A stretch of 64,000 nucleotides of DNA from Candidatus Altimarinota bacterium. GTDB lineage: Bacteria; Patescibacteriota; Gracilibacteria; 1-14-2-50-48-13. The stretch lies in contig JBKBWQ010000001.1 of assembly GCA_046314355.1 (NCBI GenBank), positions 832,001-896,000 on the forward strand, read 5' to 3'. The notes beneath the pieces are model-generated. The model searched no databases. It was not told where the DNA came from and saw only the letters and a program-made list of their open reading frames with translations. Shown here piece by piece: positions 38,281 through 50,579 of the stretch. Position 1 is the first letter of the stretch. The number at the start of each line of letters is the position of its first letter. A program made the position numbers and the translations under genes.

Positions 38281-38903
38281 TCTTTATACACGAATTCTAC
38301 CATTGCCTGTCCTTCTCTATCAAAATCGATATAGAGATCTTTTTGTTGAGCCAATGCTCTAAAAGTATTCTTTGTTTGAATAATATTTTGATCATTGTCA
38401 CTATAGTTCGAAGTACCGTTGACGGTAAGATCCTTCAATTTTTCTGGATAAGGAACTATAATATGGTATTTTCCGGGTACCTTAATCTGAGCACTTAGGC
38501 GCACCATTGTCTCTTTACCTATATGAAAAATTCCCTCCATGGGGTTTGGTTCATATATAAATGTCTTCTCGGGAAATAACATTGTATGGTTTAAACCCTT
38601 CACTGCGAGAGCTGGAAGATCTTTCGTAAATTTTGCATCGACTGCTCCGATCTCTGCCTCCTGCTCCTGAGTGAGATCAGCTCCTGAGAAACGGTCTATG
38701 TAGTCTGAAGTATCAACATGCACAGTAGGAACATGATATACTGCCTGCTTCCCTACGGTCACTAGTATACTTGTAGCTACTACAACATTTACAAGTCCTT
38801 TAAGCTTATTGAGATATGTCTTTTTTACAGCATGAAGAAGAGGAAGTCTTTTTGGAAGAATCTCTTTTTTGAGCTGCATTCTAGGTTCTTCTGTAAGGGA
38901 CAT
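38277..38903 (-). CDS. Hypothetical single-TM protein
   Basis: Hydrophobic segment GLVNVVVATSILVTV followed by a beta-rich domain. Confidence 0.6.
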   Translation of the reverse strand: MSLTEEPRMQLKKEILPKRLPLLHAVKKTYLNKLKGLVNVVVATSILVTVGKQAVYHVPTVHVDTSDYIDRFSGADLTQEQEAEIGAVDAKFTKDLPALAVKGLNHTMLFPEKTFIYEPNPMEGIFHIGKETMVRLSAQIKVPGKYHIIVPYPEKLKDLTVNGTSNYSDNDQNIIQTKNTFRALAQQKDLYIDFDREGQAMVEFVYKD

Positions 38904-38961
38904 AAAAAGACAAAATATACATAGATATTTTTATTGTATCAAACATCGGTTAAATGCGCCA

Positions 38962-40251
<1,290 letters not shown>

Positions 40252-40383
40252 TTATGTACCAATATGTGAAAACTTCGCATCGATGAGATCTAACAATACA
40301 TCACCATACTTATTTTCTAGCTTTGAAGGAATTGCGTACTTGAGACTCGACCTGATACTGATGTCCTGTTCTTCAAAATACAT
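40252..40383 (-). CDS. 43-aa small protein (not in ORF track)
   Basis: MYFEEQDISIRSSLKYAIPSKLENKYGDVLLDLIDAKFSHIGT; AGGGGG SD; downstream terminator. Confidence 0.45.
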   Translation of the reverse strand: MYFEEQDISIRSSLKYAIPSKLENKYGDVLLDLIDAKFSHIGT

Positions 40384-40458
40384 ATGTCAAGCCCCCTACT
40401 AAAGCACTCTCATATAAAACATTGACGCTCCATACTCCCCAACGTAATATAGAGGCAA

Positions 40459-41658
40459 TTGTTCACTCTTTCTCTATCACTCATGAAATACACTCTTTCA
40501 GTAGTCGCAGCCATGGTTCTTCTCGCATCATGCGGAGGAAGCAGTACATCAACAAACGATAATTCTCTTTCAGGAAGCGGTGCAGCTTATCCTGATTCAT
40601 ACTTAGATATGAATGCGAATACAAATGGGTCTCTTGAGGGTTCTGCTCTTGAAGAGCGAAAACAGCTCGAGAATGATCTCGCTACAGCAAAGCAGCTTCT
40701 CGCAGAAGCTCAGGAAATGGATATCACAAAGAGTCAGGATGATATCAAGGCACGGATTACAGCCGTAAAAGAAAAAGCAACATCTCTCCGTGAAGTAGAT
40801 GATTTCTTTGTAGAAGCAGATAGCCTACTCCAGGATGCTCAAACTCTAGAGGATCGGGTAGCAAACTATGTACAGGTCGCAGCTCTTCCTCTACATGAAG
40901 ACCTTAGCGGAAAGTTTCAGGATATATCCATCAAATCTCTCATGAAACAGGGAGGAAATATCTTTGCTGTGGCTGAAAAAGGAGTATATGGACCTATCAA
41001 TTCAGGAAAAGTTGAAGATGTAAAAGCAATTACGTTACCAGAAGGAAGCATCGGTACATCTGGTACTTATTCAATAAAATATAGAGAAAGTTATATTACT
41101 TCTCTCCCAGGACAGATGTGGAAGATCGCAGGTGATGCACTTACACCACAGAAAGTAGAAGAAGGCGGAGCTTGGTACCCAGGCAGCGAGATTTGGACAT
41201 ACAGCAAATTTATCTACATCCTCGATCCACTCAGCAAACAGCTTTGGAAGTATGAGTATATTTCTGAGAATCTCTTTAAAAAGCCTATTATCGCTATCGA
41301 TACACCTGAGATGAAAGCTCTTGATATCAAATCCGTATCCATCGATGGAAATATCTACGTTCTTGGAAACGGAACAATCACGAAGTTTACTCAGGGTAAG
41401 AAAATAGATCTTGAAATTGGAGCAGACCTTAAGAATCTCTCTTCAAGCAGTACAATATATACAGATCAGAATAGTACTTACCTCTATGCCTTTGATCCTA
41501 CTGCCGGAAGACTTATCAGATTTAAGAAAAGAGCCACAGGACTTGATGTAGCAAATGAGTATACAATCCAGGGAAGCTATAAAGGTATGATCGTCTCACC
41601 AGACGAGAAATCAGTATTCTTCTTTGATACAAACAAAATTTACAAACTTGCACTTTAA
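40459..41658 (+). CDS. Lipoprotein with coiled coil and beta-propeller-like C-terminal domain
   Basis: LLAS-C lipobox; helical linker; IYILDP..QLWKY, SIDGNIYVL, LYAFDP blade-like repeats. Confidence 0.75.
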   Translation: MFTLSLSLMKYTLSVVAAMVLLASCGGSSTSTNDNSLSGSGAAYPDSYLDMNANTNGSLEGSALEERKQLENDLATAKQLLAEAQEMDITKSQDDIKARITAVKEKATSLREVDDFFVEADSLLQDAQTLEDRVANYVQVAALPLHEDLSGKFQDISIKSLMKQGGNIFAVAEKGVYGPINSGKVEDVKAITLPEGSIGTSGTYSIKYRESYITSLPGQMWKIAGDALTPQKVEEGGAWYPGSEIWTYSKFIYILDPLSKQLWKYEYISENLFKKPIIAIDTPEMKALDIKSVSIDGNIYVLGNGTITKFTQGKKIDLEIGADLKNLSSSSTIYTDQNSTYLYAFDPTAGRLIRFKKRATGLDVANEYTIQGSYKGMIVSPDEKSVFFFDTNKIYKLAL

Positions 41659-41670
41659 ACTAAGAAACAT

Positions 41671-41710
41671 AAAAAAATACCTGTTCTATAATAAGAGCAG
41701 GTATTTTTTT
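41671..41710 (+). terminator. Intrinsic terminator
   Basis: aaaaaaatacctgttct-ataata-agagcaggtattttttt. Confidence 0.85.
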
Positions 41711-41799
41711 ATTGTCCAGTGGTCTCTTGTTCTATAGCAGAGCTTCATGATATAATTACTTGAATAGCTATAATTAAAAACAAATAACTAAAACCCCTA

Positions 41800-44700
41800 A
41801 TGGCTACACAAAAACAAAAACTCAAGTTATTACTTTTTGGATTTGTCATGCTGGCAACAGCATTTCTACTTCTTTCATATCAAAATGGATCTCTTTTTAA
41901 AAGCGACCTGCTTGGTTCTGATATGCTGAACAATAGTCTAAATAAGGTCTATCATAGACTCTATAGTTATGATGTTTCAAAAAATGTTGGATCATATGAG
42001 AATCTGCCAAATCCAGGGGATCAGAAGTGGATACAGGTTACCAATACCAGTGGAACTGGAAATGTAGGTAGTCTTGTAATGAAAAAAGATTCAGCAAATA
42101 AGTCACTCGGATTGATGAATCTAAAAACTGCAGGTATAGGAAGTGTGCTAGCGGCCAATAACTGGGCAGCTACGGAGAATGATAAAATTGAAATTGAGAC
42201 TCGTGTACAGGTGGTGGGGGCTGCCGGATGCGAGACATCTACAAGTAGTTTTATTCTCTTTAATAACGGAAAAAATACTGGGTATGTAAATTTTTGTAAA
42301 AATCAGATCATCGTGAGTTCCAATACTCAGAGATGGCAGAGAAACTCTCAGTTTGCACCAGGAGCAAAAAATACTATTTCAAATATAGACCTCTCAACAG
42401 CACCAAAGGATATTAAGATAGTTGCAGAAGGAACTAAGATATCAGTGTATGAACAGAAATCCACAGATATCCTACTCGGAGCATTTGAAAGTGCTATGTA
42501 TCTAGGACTTCCTGATTACACAGGTATTACGAATGCCTCTAGAATAAGTGACAGCGCTCTCTTATTTGGTTCATTTGCAACTACCGTAGGCAGCACCAAC
42601 TACGGTACTGAAACTAACTGGGGATATGTAAGAGGAAAAGTCACTCCTCTTAATCAGTTAAGCGGTCCTACAAAAGGTAGCATGAGTTTCTCATATGATG
42701 CCGAAAGTCAAAAACTTCCTGATTACTTAGGTTGGACGAATGTTGGAGGTAGTGATGGATATATGTCCGCAGATAACCGTTTTGTAATAACTCCACAATC
42801 TACCTATAAAACCCTATTGAATCTTCAAGAGTACGATGGATTTGATATAGAAGCTGAATTCCAAAATCAAGTTGTAATCTCATTTGGAACCAATAAAGCA
42901 CAGGGATATGTGACTATTCACGACAGCGGTATGTCCTATACCAAGGGTAGTTCTTCCGTATCAGACTCTTTAATAAATAGCGCAAACTCACTGCATAAAT
43001 TCAAAATTAGTGTAAAAGGAAAAGAGTTCTCTATCACCGAAGTAGGAACTGGTAAAACTATTGTTTCTCCATCAGGAATGCAGGCTCTTTCAACACCTTC
43101 TGAATATGGTTTTGTAAGTTTTGGCGGTTATTATGGTCAGCTAAAAAACATAAAAGTAACAGCAAAACCTTATCTTATAGATAATACTCAAGATGGTTCC
43201 CGTAAGTTTACAAAAGAATACGGATATACCAACGCCTCTTATCCTGCAGATCAAAACTGGACTCCTATTAATGAGAGCAATAATTATAGCCCCAACTTAG
43301 TATACAATCAGTACCTTTCCTTAAGAACTGCTCAGACAGGAAACCTGCTTAATACATTTAAGTGGAATGCAAGCAAGAATGACGATATCTCAATTGAAGC
43401 AAGACTTCGTGTACCGCAGACTCAGTGTGCATTCTCCGCAAGTAACTATCTTATGTTCTCCAACGGAGATAAGATGGGCTACATCACATTCTGTCAGAAT
43501 GAGATACGGGTGAGTGGAGCAGGATTGCCTTTTACAAAAACACTTAGATACAACCAGATCTTCCAGACTCTTCCGCAGAACCAAAGAAACGTATTCCCAT
43601 TCTCTGCAAATATGGCTTCAGAATTTGCAACATTTAAGATTACCTTAAAGGATGGAAAAGATATCATCATAACTACTCCTGATAACCAGACACTTACGAT
43701 CGCAAACGGTCTATACTTCCCTGCTAATGATGCATCACAATCTCCTTATCCTAATGCTCTAGTCTTTGGTAGCGGCAGTAATGAAACAACTACTACACCG
43801 GAAACAAAGTCAGACTGGGAGTACGTAAAATATAAGCTCACTTCCCGTATACAGGATGGTAAGAGCTTTACATATTCATATGATGCAAATCTTACGACTC
43901 CTCCATCTGCACAGGGATGGGTTAGTAATGTTGCCCTTCAATCTTATCCAGAGAGTGCGGTTACTGGCCAGAAAACATATGTAAATGGAAGCTACAGACA
44001 CTATAATACCTATTGGAATGCTAACACAAAAGATACACTTGTCATTGATACAACTGTAAAAAGCAACGCGGGATGTTATGGAGTAGATGATAGTAATACA
44101 AATATTACCTTCTCAAATGGTGTCACAAAAGGAATAGTAGCTTTCTGTAGAAATGCTGTCTATATCTCTGATCCTTCTTCAGGAAATGGATCTAGATATA
44201 TCAGAGCCTATGTTGGTGAACCCAGCAATGCAAATACCATAGATAACTCTACGATGAAAAACTTCAAAATCGTAGTAAAGAATCTTGATATTAGTGTCTT
44301 TGATGTCACTACAGGAAAAGAAGTAGCTACCGTCTGGGGAGGATTTAACACTCCAGTCACAGGATCAGACAAAGATAAAAATATGATTACTTTTGGAGGA
44401 TCTCAGTCTGAATGGAAATATTTTAAGGCAACTTTATCCCAAGAACTTGCTTCTACCGCAGCTTCTGGAGATATACTCCGACTTCACTTTGCAAATGTAA
44501 AATGGAGCATCCTCGATAAAACAGCAAATACTCTCAAATCTACCTTTGATATTACAGAGATCGTACCTGCCGGCACGCTCATAGAAATGTGTACTCGTAA
44601 TACCGCAAGTACAGGAGAGCCAGTTTGTACAAAATCTACTCAGACAGGACCTCATACTTATAGTGTCTTCCCGTCAAAAACTGATGTCCCTCTCAATAAT

Positions 44701-47700
44701 AATGTCCCAGTAGGAGGCGCACCGTCTACAACAACATATGACTGGTTTATAAAAGTAAATGGTATTCCTTATGGAGTAGAAGGTCCACTTACTATATATC
44801 ATTCACCAGAGATCCTCTCTGCATCTACGAATCCTACAAATCCAAAGATCAAAGTACTCTTTGATACTATTCAGGACTCAACAGCAGTACTTCAGGTAGG
44901 AGTAGCTCCTTCACAGTCACAGTATACTCTTGAGACAGTTTGTATTCAGAAAGATACGGGAGGCACAGAAACTTGTAAGAATAATGTCGCTCCGAACAGG
45001 ACAATGACAAATGCGCCCATTATCCAGGATACAGATTATAACTGGTCTATGTACTACGCAGGTTTTAGCGGGTTAACTCCAGGTATAAAATATAAAATTA
45101 ACGTTACTGTCAAACAGTCTGGAGGAACAGTGCCAGTAATCTCCGGAGGTACATTTACTACGCATAAAGCACCTGAATATACGGTCACAAATGGAGTAGT
45201 ATATGGTCTTCCCCAAGATACGGTGCTTATCCCGCGAACTAATTCTGTAAACAATATTCTTTGGACACATGAGGGAAATCCTGCAAAAGCAAATATTAAA
45301 TTTGATCTCAAAGATGCAACAGCAAAGACTGTACAGATTTGTTATAAACTTAATGGAGCCACAGCAAATACATGTAATGCAGTTACAACAAATACGCCAG
45401 GTACCACTAAAACATATAGTGGTGCCGCATCCGGCATTGACCTTACAACAGCCGGTACCAGAACATACCTCTGGAATATACAGATAGATGGCAAACACTT
45501 TGGTGTAGAAGGTACACTTACTGTTACACCTAGTATTACTACTGATGAAGATCCCGCAGTATCAGGTACAAGCGACCCTTCATTTATTCAGTCAGTAGTT
45601 GCACCTCTCGGAGAAACAAGCGCTCATATTACTGTTTCTACTACAGCAAACAGCACTGCAAGCAGCCCATCTATTAAATCATTCTGTATCGTTGATACTT
45701 TAGGTAATAGTCCTATCTGTCAGAATGATCTCTCATATACTTCATACACTGGAACAGCAGCCGGCAACAACTTTATATACGATTACAATTTTGATAATCT
45801 CATACCCGGTACAGTCTATAAAATTCAGTATCAGCAGGTTTACACAAATGCAGGATATCAAACATTCGTTGGAAAGAGCTTCAAGACAAGCAGTACAAAA
45901 GAAATTTCTCTTATCCCGGGAGATGTCATATTCTCAAGCACTGATAATCCTGTAAGAAACCTTTCATGGGTAACTAATAAAGTGAATCAAGAGTATTTAG
46001 AAGTCATCTTTGATGTACTCAATCTCCCTACTCCTACCACTCCTGTAAGCTTCTGTTATAAGGAAGAAAATAATGCTCAGGCTACAGAGACATGTAAGAC
46101 TGCAACAAAGGTATCAGGAACACTGTTCTCAGTGGTAACAGATATACCTCTCAATTCTACAAAAACCTACAGCTGGTATATCAAGATTGGAAGTGAAAAA
46201 TCTGGTACTGCCGGATCAGGTCTAAGCATTACAGTCACTCCTGCAACCCCTGGAACAACAACTCCAGCTGAAGATACTCCTCTCACAGATGAAGGAATCC
46301 CTCTTACTATTACAAATATTACTCAAGATAGTGCACTGCTCACAGCTACAGCGAATGTCACTACGCACGTGGTGAAAAGTATCTGTATTGCGAGAGCTGA
46401 GGATGAGAGTAATGAAATCTGTAATGAGCAGTCTCTGCCAACCGTACAGTCAGGGAATGCAACATATGCAGCTACATTTACAAACCTTCTTCCTGGAAAG
46501 CAGTACACTACACGTGTGCTCTTCACAAGAGGTCTCGCAGCAACTGATCTTTTCAGCCGAAGCGGTCAGAAATTTACTACTGCAACTCCAAGTACCGGCA
46601 CTGTCGATGGTGAAGTTATAGTCACACCTCCTACTGATACGCAGGCTCCAGCAGTGGTGATCACAACTCCAGCAAATGCTGCTGTATTCTCAAAAACATC
46701 TGATATTACTTTCACAGGAACATCAAGTGATCTCGGAGTCGTCACATCAGGCGTTGATAAGATCATGATCGGTCTCAAAGCGACAGGCGCAGATCCAAAA
46801 TGGTTAACATTAGGGACTAGTGCTACATGGGAGACTGCAGAAGTATACTACCCTGCGACTGGTACTGAGACATGGACTTATAATGCACAAGGAAAAACAA
46901 TTACCTGGGAAAATGGAAAAACATATCAGGTATTTGTATATGGAGTGGATAAGGCCTTGAATTCAGGAAAGCCAGTACCAGTGAACTCAACATTTACTTA
47001 TACTCCTCCTGTAGATACCGTAGCACCAACAAGCACTATTACTCTTCCGCTTCCGGGAGCCACATCTATCAATGGTACAGCAAGAGACGAAGGTACACCT
47101 TCAAGCGGACTCAAAAATATGAAAGTCAGCATCAAAAATAACAGTACAAATAAATATTGGAATGGAACAGCTTTCACAGTTGATACTGAAACTTATCTTG
47201 ATGCATCACTAGGAGGTACCACCGGTCTAGACACAGCCTGGAGTTATCCTGCTAGTGGAACTATTGTCTTCGAAGATAACAAAAGCTACACAGTACATGC
47301 ATTTGCAGAAGATAATGTAGGAAATAAAAATAACGCTTCCCCTTCTGTAAGAACATTTACCCATGATGACGGAATAGTGCCGGAGATAGATACTCAAGCT
47401 CCTACGGTAGTAATAGATGCCATAGTAGCAGCTGATACTACGCTCAAAGGAAGTGCAATTGATGCTGGTACTGTTACTTCAGGTATCAAAGAAGTACGTA
47501 TAAGCATCAAAGATAATAGTACTAATAAATGGTTTAACGGTACTGATTTTACAGGAACTGCATCAGCATACATACCTGCTAAGATTACACTTACTGGAGC
47601 TGCAAGTGCCACGTGGGTACTACCAGAGACTGGAGTACTTCCCTTCACTGCAAACGCATCTTATACAGCCTCAGCATATGCGCTAGATACGAAAGATAAT

Positions 47701-50454
47701 TCTAGTCTTTCTACAGCAGTAACTAGAACCTTTACTTATGTACCAGCAGTAGTACCAGATACGACAGCCCCATCTACAACACTTACAGCCCCTGCTACAG
47801 GCGCAACTTCCCTAGGAGGATTAGCTAAAGATGAAGGTACACCAACCAGCGGACTCAAGGAAGTAAAGGTAAGTATCAAAAACAATACTACTAATACGTG
47901 GTGGACAGGTACATCATTTACAGCTACCATTGAGCAATTTTCCACTGCTACCCTTGGTGCAGTAACAGCAGGAAATACAGCATGGAGTTATCCGAGTGCT
48001 GGCACAATCGCATTTGTACACAACAATAACTACTCAGTCAAAGTATATGCTGAAGATAATGCAGGCAATAAAAACAATACAACTCCTGCAACTCTCACAT
48101 TTACCTATAATTCCGGAGTAGTAAATCCTGTGGATACACAGATCCCAGCCGTGACTATTGATCAGATGACTGCACCTTCTACTCTTGTAAAAGGTACGGT
48201 AACTGATACTGGTACACCTGCTTCAGGTATAGCTTCAGTAAAAATCAGTATTGAAGATGTTGCAGCTCAAACATGGTGGAACGGGACAAATTTTAGTGCT
48301 ACTTCAGAGAGTTTCTACAATACAAAAGTACAGACTGTAGCTTCTAGTAATACAACATGGATGTATCCAGAAATCGGCGCACTTCCATTTGTAACCACAA
48401 AGACCTATAAGATTAAAGTATATGCGGTAGACGTCGCAGGCAACTCAAGTACAGCAAATCCAGCTACTATAAACTTTACTTATATAGCACCAGTTGTGAC
48501 CCCAGATGATACCACAGCACCGTCCACGACTATCACTACTCCAACAGTCGCCGCCACTTCTATAAGTGGAACAACAAAGGATGAAGGTACTGCAACGAGT
48601 GGTCTTAAAGAAGTGAAAGTAAGCTTAAAGGATACTACATCCAATCTCTGGTGGAACGGGACAAATTTCAGCTCAGCCGCTGAGACCTTTGTAACTGCAG
48701 CACTTGGAGGAGTATCCAATGGAAATACTCTATGGAGCTACCCTGCTACAGGAAATCTTCCTTTGGTAGATAAGAGAAGTTATACAGTAAAAGCTTATAC
48801 AGAAGATAATGCAGGTAATAAAAACAATACAAATCCTGCAACTCTCACATTTACGTATGATGCAGGCATTGTAGAACTTCCAGACACACAGCCGCCAACT
48901 ATCTCAATAGATGCGATGGTTTCAACAGACACTATAGTCAAAGGAAACGCTGTAGATACAGGTACTGGATCTGGTATCAAAGAAGTTCGTGTAAGCATCA
49001 AAGATAATAAAACAGGTAAATGGTTCTCAGGAAGCGGATTTATTCTTTCCACACAGAACTATCTTCCTGCAAAAGTAAGTCTTGTAGGTGCTGCAAATAC
49101 CACATGGGCACTTCCAGAAATAGGTGTAATACCTTTCGTTTCCAATGAAACATATACAATCACTGTCTATGGAATTGATACAAAAAATAATTCAGGTCTT
49201 ACTACCCCTGTAACAAAGACATTTACTTACGTCGCAGCAACACATCAGTCTGCAACACCTATTATTTCTACTGCCCCTCAATGGAACTTTGATACAAATA
49301 CAGCGGTACGTAGTATAACATTTAGTTTGTCACAGGATGTAGGGACACAGTCAGTATACTTTTGTATCGATGCGAGATGCTTTCTTACTACGAAACAGGC
49401 CGATGGGAAATACTATCTAGTTGTAGATAATACAATGCTGCCGGTTGATAAATTAGGAACTTATAAATGGAGTATCAAAGTAGGTACTGAGACTCTTACA
49501 AGTAATGGAGCTGTTACAGTCAATCCTAGCCTACCAAATCCAATAATAAACGTAGGAGGCAATAATCTGTATACTGTACCTCTACCAACTACCGGCAATA
49601 CTCAGGGAACCACAGTTGTGAATAATTATTATACTATCATTACTAGCACGGGAAGCACGATCCCAAATTCAAACGGAAACAGTATTTCATCCACAAATTC
49701 AAATTCAGATGTAAGACCAAGCCCTGTATACTGTCCTCCAGTCTGTGTAAGCTATACACTTCCAAAAGATATTTCTCCATCATACTTTGCAGCACAAAGT
49801 ATCAAAATACTTGGAGAGAGAAATATTATCACTGGGTATGCTGATGGAACGTTTAAACCAAATAATCCTATCAATAGAGCAGAGTTTGCGAAGATCGTGA
49901 AGAACGGATTCTTGCTTCAATCCAATACACGGGCAGCAGCAATGCCGTTTAAGGATATCAATGTACTAAGCTGGTTCTATACTCCGATCAGAGCTCTCTA
50001 TAACGCAAATCTTGTACAGGGATACGATTCAGGAAACTATCTTCCTGGAAGATTTATCCAGCGTGATGAAGCAGCAAAGATTCTCTCAGTTGCTCATGCT
50101 AATATCGCAAGTGCCAAGACTGCGGGCAGTAGCGCATTGGATAAAGATGTACTTGGAGAGACAACTATTACCGAACAGTGGAATCAGTGGAGAAATGAAC
50201 ATCCAACATTTACTTATGTGGTTTTCCCTGATGTAAGTGTCAATGACTGGTCTGCTAAGTATGTACTCTATGCATATAATCTTAACCTTCTCACTGGAAG
50301 AAGTACTGATGCGGGTCTACAGTTTGAAGCTAAAGAGCTTATCACTCGAGGAGAAGCAGCAACACTTCTTGCAAAGATGGTAGTATCTTTAGATATTGAT
50401 TATCCTACTCAAAAAGGTACAGATCAAAAAGTTCAAGTAGTATTCCCTCAGTAA
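41800..50454 (+). CDS. Giant (2884 aa) SLH-anchored surface protein with lectin-like and Ig-like repeats
   Basis: N-terminal TM; four beta-sandwich repeats (YSYD..P..Q.W); Cys-paired Ig-like repeats; seven DT.AP-type Ig repeats; C-terminal SLH (IITGYADGTFKPNNPINRAEFAKI, ITRGEAATLL). Confidence 0.88.
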   Translation: MATQKQKLKLLLFGFVMLATAFLLLSYQNGSLFKSDLLGSDMLNNSLNKVYHRLYSYDVSKNVGSYENLPNPGDQKWIQVTNTSGTGNVGSLVMKKDSANKSLGLMNLKTAGIGSVLAANNWAATENDKIEIETRVQVVGAAGCETSTSSFILFNNGKNTGYVNFCKNQIIVSSNTQRWQRNSQFAPGAKNTISNIDLSTAPKDIKIVAEGTKISVYEQKSTDILLGAFESAMYLGLPDYTGITNASRISDSALLFGSFATTVGSTNYGTETNWGYVRGKVTPLNQLSGPTKGSMSFSYDAESQKLPDYLGWTNVGGSDGYMSADNRFVITPQSTYKTLLNLQEYDGFDIEAEFQNQVVISFGTNKAQGYVTIHDSGMSYTKGSSSVSDSLINSANSLHKFKISVKGKEFSITEVGTGKTIVSPSGMQALSTPSEYGFVSFGGYYGQLKNIKVTAKPYLIDNTQDGSRKFTKEYGYTNASYPADQNWTPINESNNYSPNLVYNQYLSLRTAQTGNLLNTFKWNASKNDDISIEARLRVPQTQCAFSASNYLMFSNGDKMGYITFCQNEIRVSGAGLPFTKTLRYNQIFQTLPQNQRNVFPFSANMASEFATFKITLKDGKDIIITTPDNQTLTIANGLYFPANDASQSPYPNALVFGSGSNETTTTPETKSDWEYVKYKLTSRIQDGKSFTYSYDANLTTPPSAQGWVSNVALQSYPESAVTGQKTYVNGSYRHYNTYWNANTKDTLVIDTTVKSNAGCYGVDDSNTNITFSNGVTKGIVAFCRNAVYISDPSSGNGSRYIRAYVGEPSNANTIDNSTMKNFKIVVKNLDISVFDVTTGKEVATVWGGFNTPVTGSDKDKNMITFGGSQSEWKYFKATLSQELASTAASGDILRLHFANVKWSILDKTANTLKSTFDITEIVPAGTLIEMCTRNTASTGEPVCTKSTQTGPHTYSVFPSKTDVPLNNNVPVGGAPSTTTYDWFIKVNGIPYGVEGPLTIYHSPEILSASTNPTNPKIKVLFDTIQDSTAVLQVGVAPSQSQYTLETVCIQKDTGGTETCKNNVAPNRTMTNAPIIQDTDYNWSMYYAGFSGLTPGIKYKINVTVKQSGGTVPVISGGTFTTHKAPEYTVTNGVVYGLPQDTVLIPRTNSVNNILWTHEGNPAKANIKFDLKDATAKTVQICYKLNGATANTCNAVTTNTPGTTKTYSGAASGIDLTTAGTRTYLWNIQIDGKHFGVEGTLTVTPSITTDEDPAVSGTSDPSFIQSVVAPLGETSAHITVSTTANSTASSPSIKSFCIVDTLGNSPICQNDLSYTSYTGTAAGNNFIYDYNFDNLIPGTVYKIQYQQVYTNAGYQTFVGKSFKTSSTKEISLIPGDVIFSSTDNPVRNLSWVTNKVNQEYLEVIFDVLNLPTPTTPVSFCYKEENNAQATETCKTATKVSGTLFSVVTDIPLNSTKTYSWYIKIGSEKSGTAGSGLSITVTPATPGTTTPAEDTPLTDEGIPLTITNITQDSALLTATANVTTHVVKSICIARAEDESNEICNEQSLPTVQSGNATYAATFTNLLPGKQYTTRVLFTRGLAATDLFSRSGQKFTTATPSTGTVDGEVIVTPPTDTQAPAVVITTPANAAVFSKTSDITFTGTSSDLGVVTSGVDKIMIGLKATGADPKWLTLGTSATWETAEVYYPATGTETWTYNAQGKTITWENGKTYQVFVYGVDKALNSGKPVPVNSTFTYTPPVDTVAPTSTITLPLPGATSINGTARDEGTPSSGLKNMKVSIKNNSTNKYWNGTAFTVDTETYLDASLGGTTGLDTAWSYPASGTIVFEDNKSYTVHAFAEDNVGNKNNASPSVRTFTHDDGIVPEIDTQAPTVVIDAIVAADTTLKGSAIDAGTVTSGIKEVRISIKDNSTNKWFNGTDFTGTASAYIPAKITLTGAASATWVLPETGVLPFTANASYTASAYALDTKDNSSLSTAVTRTFTYVPAVVPDTTAPSTTLTAPATGATSLGGLAKDEGTPTSGLKEVKVSIKNNTTNTWWTGTSFTATIEQFSTATLGAVTAGNTAWSYPSAGTIAFVHNNNYSVKVYAEDNAGNKNNTTPATLTFTYNSGVVNPVDTQIPAVTIDQMTAPSTLVKGTVTDTGTPASGIASVKISIEDVAAQTWWNGTNFSATSESFYNTKVQTVASSNTTWMYPEIGALPFVTTKTYKIKVYAVDVAGNSSTANPATINFTYIAPVVTPDDTTAPSTTITTPTVAATSISGTTKDEGTATSGLKEVKVSLKDTTSNLWWNGTNFSSAAETFVTAALGGVSNGNTLWSYPATGNLPLVDKRSYTVKAYTEDNAGNKNNTNPATLTFTYDAGIVELPDTQPPTISIDAMVSTDTIVKGNAVDTGTGSGIKEVRVSIKDNKTGKWFSGSGFILSTQNYLPAKVSLVGAANTTWALPEIGVIPFVSNETYTITVYGIDTKNNSGLTTPVTKTFTYVAATHQSATPIISTAPQWNFDTNTAVRSITFSLSQDVGTQSVYFCIDARCFLTTKQADGKYYLVVDNTMLPVDKLGTYKWSIKVGTETLTSNGAVTVNPSLPNPIINVGGNNLYTVPLPTTGNTQGTTVVNNYYTIITSTGSTIPNSNGNSISSTNSNSDVRPSPVYCPPVCVSYTLPKDISPSYFAAQSIKILGERNIITGYADGTFKPNNPINRAEFAKIVKNGFLLQSNTRAAAMPFKDINVLSWFYTPIRALYNANLVQGYDSGNYLPGRFIQRDEAAKILSVAHANIASAKTAGSSALDKDVLGETTITEQWNQWRNEHPTFTYVVFPDVSVNDWSAKYVLYAYNLNLLTGRSTDAGLQFEAKELITRGEAATLLAKMVVSLDIDYPTQKGTDQKVQVVFPQ

Positions 50455-50468
50455 ACACAATTTTTACT

Positions 50469-50503
50469 AAAAAGAGCCTACCGAAAAGGGTTAGGCTCTT
50501 TTT
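50469..50503 (+). terminator. Intrinsic terminator
   Basis: aaaaagagccta-ccgaaaagggt-taggctcttttt. Confidence 0.85.
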
Positions 50504-50579
50504 ATTTATTATATCAACAAAATACTTAATAAGAGTATAATGAAGACGTCACCCTTTCTATCAGTAACTCAATGTCACT

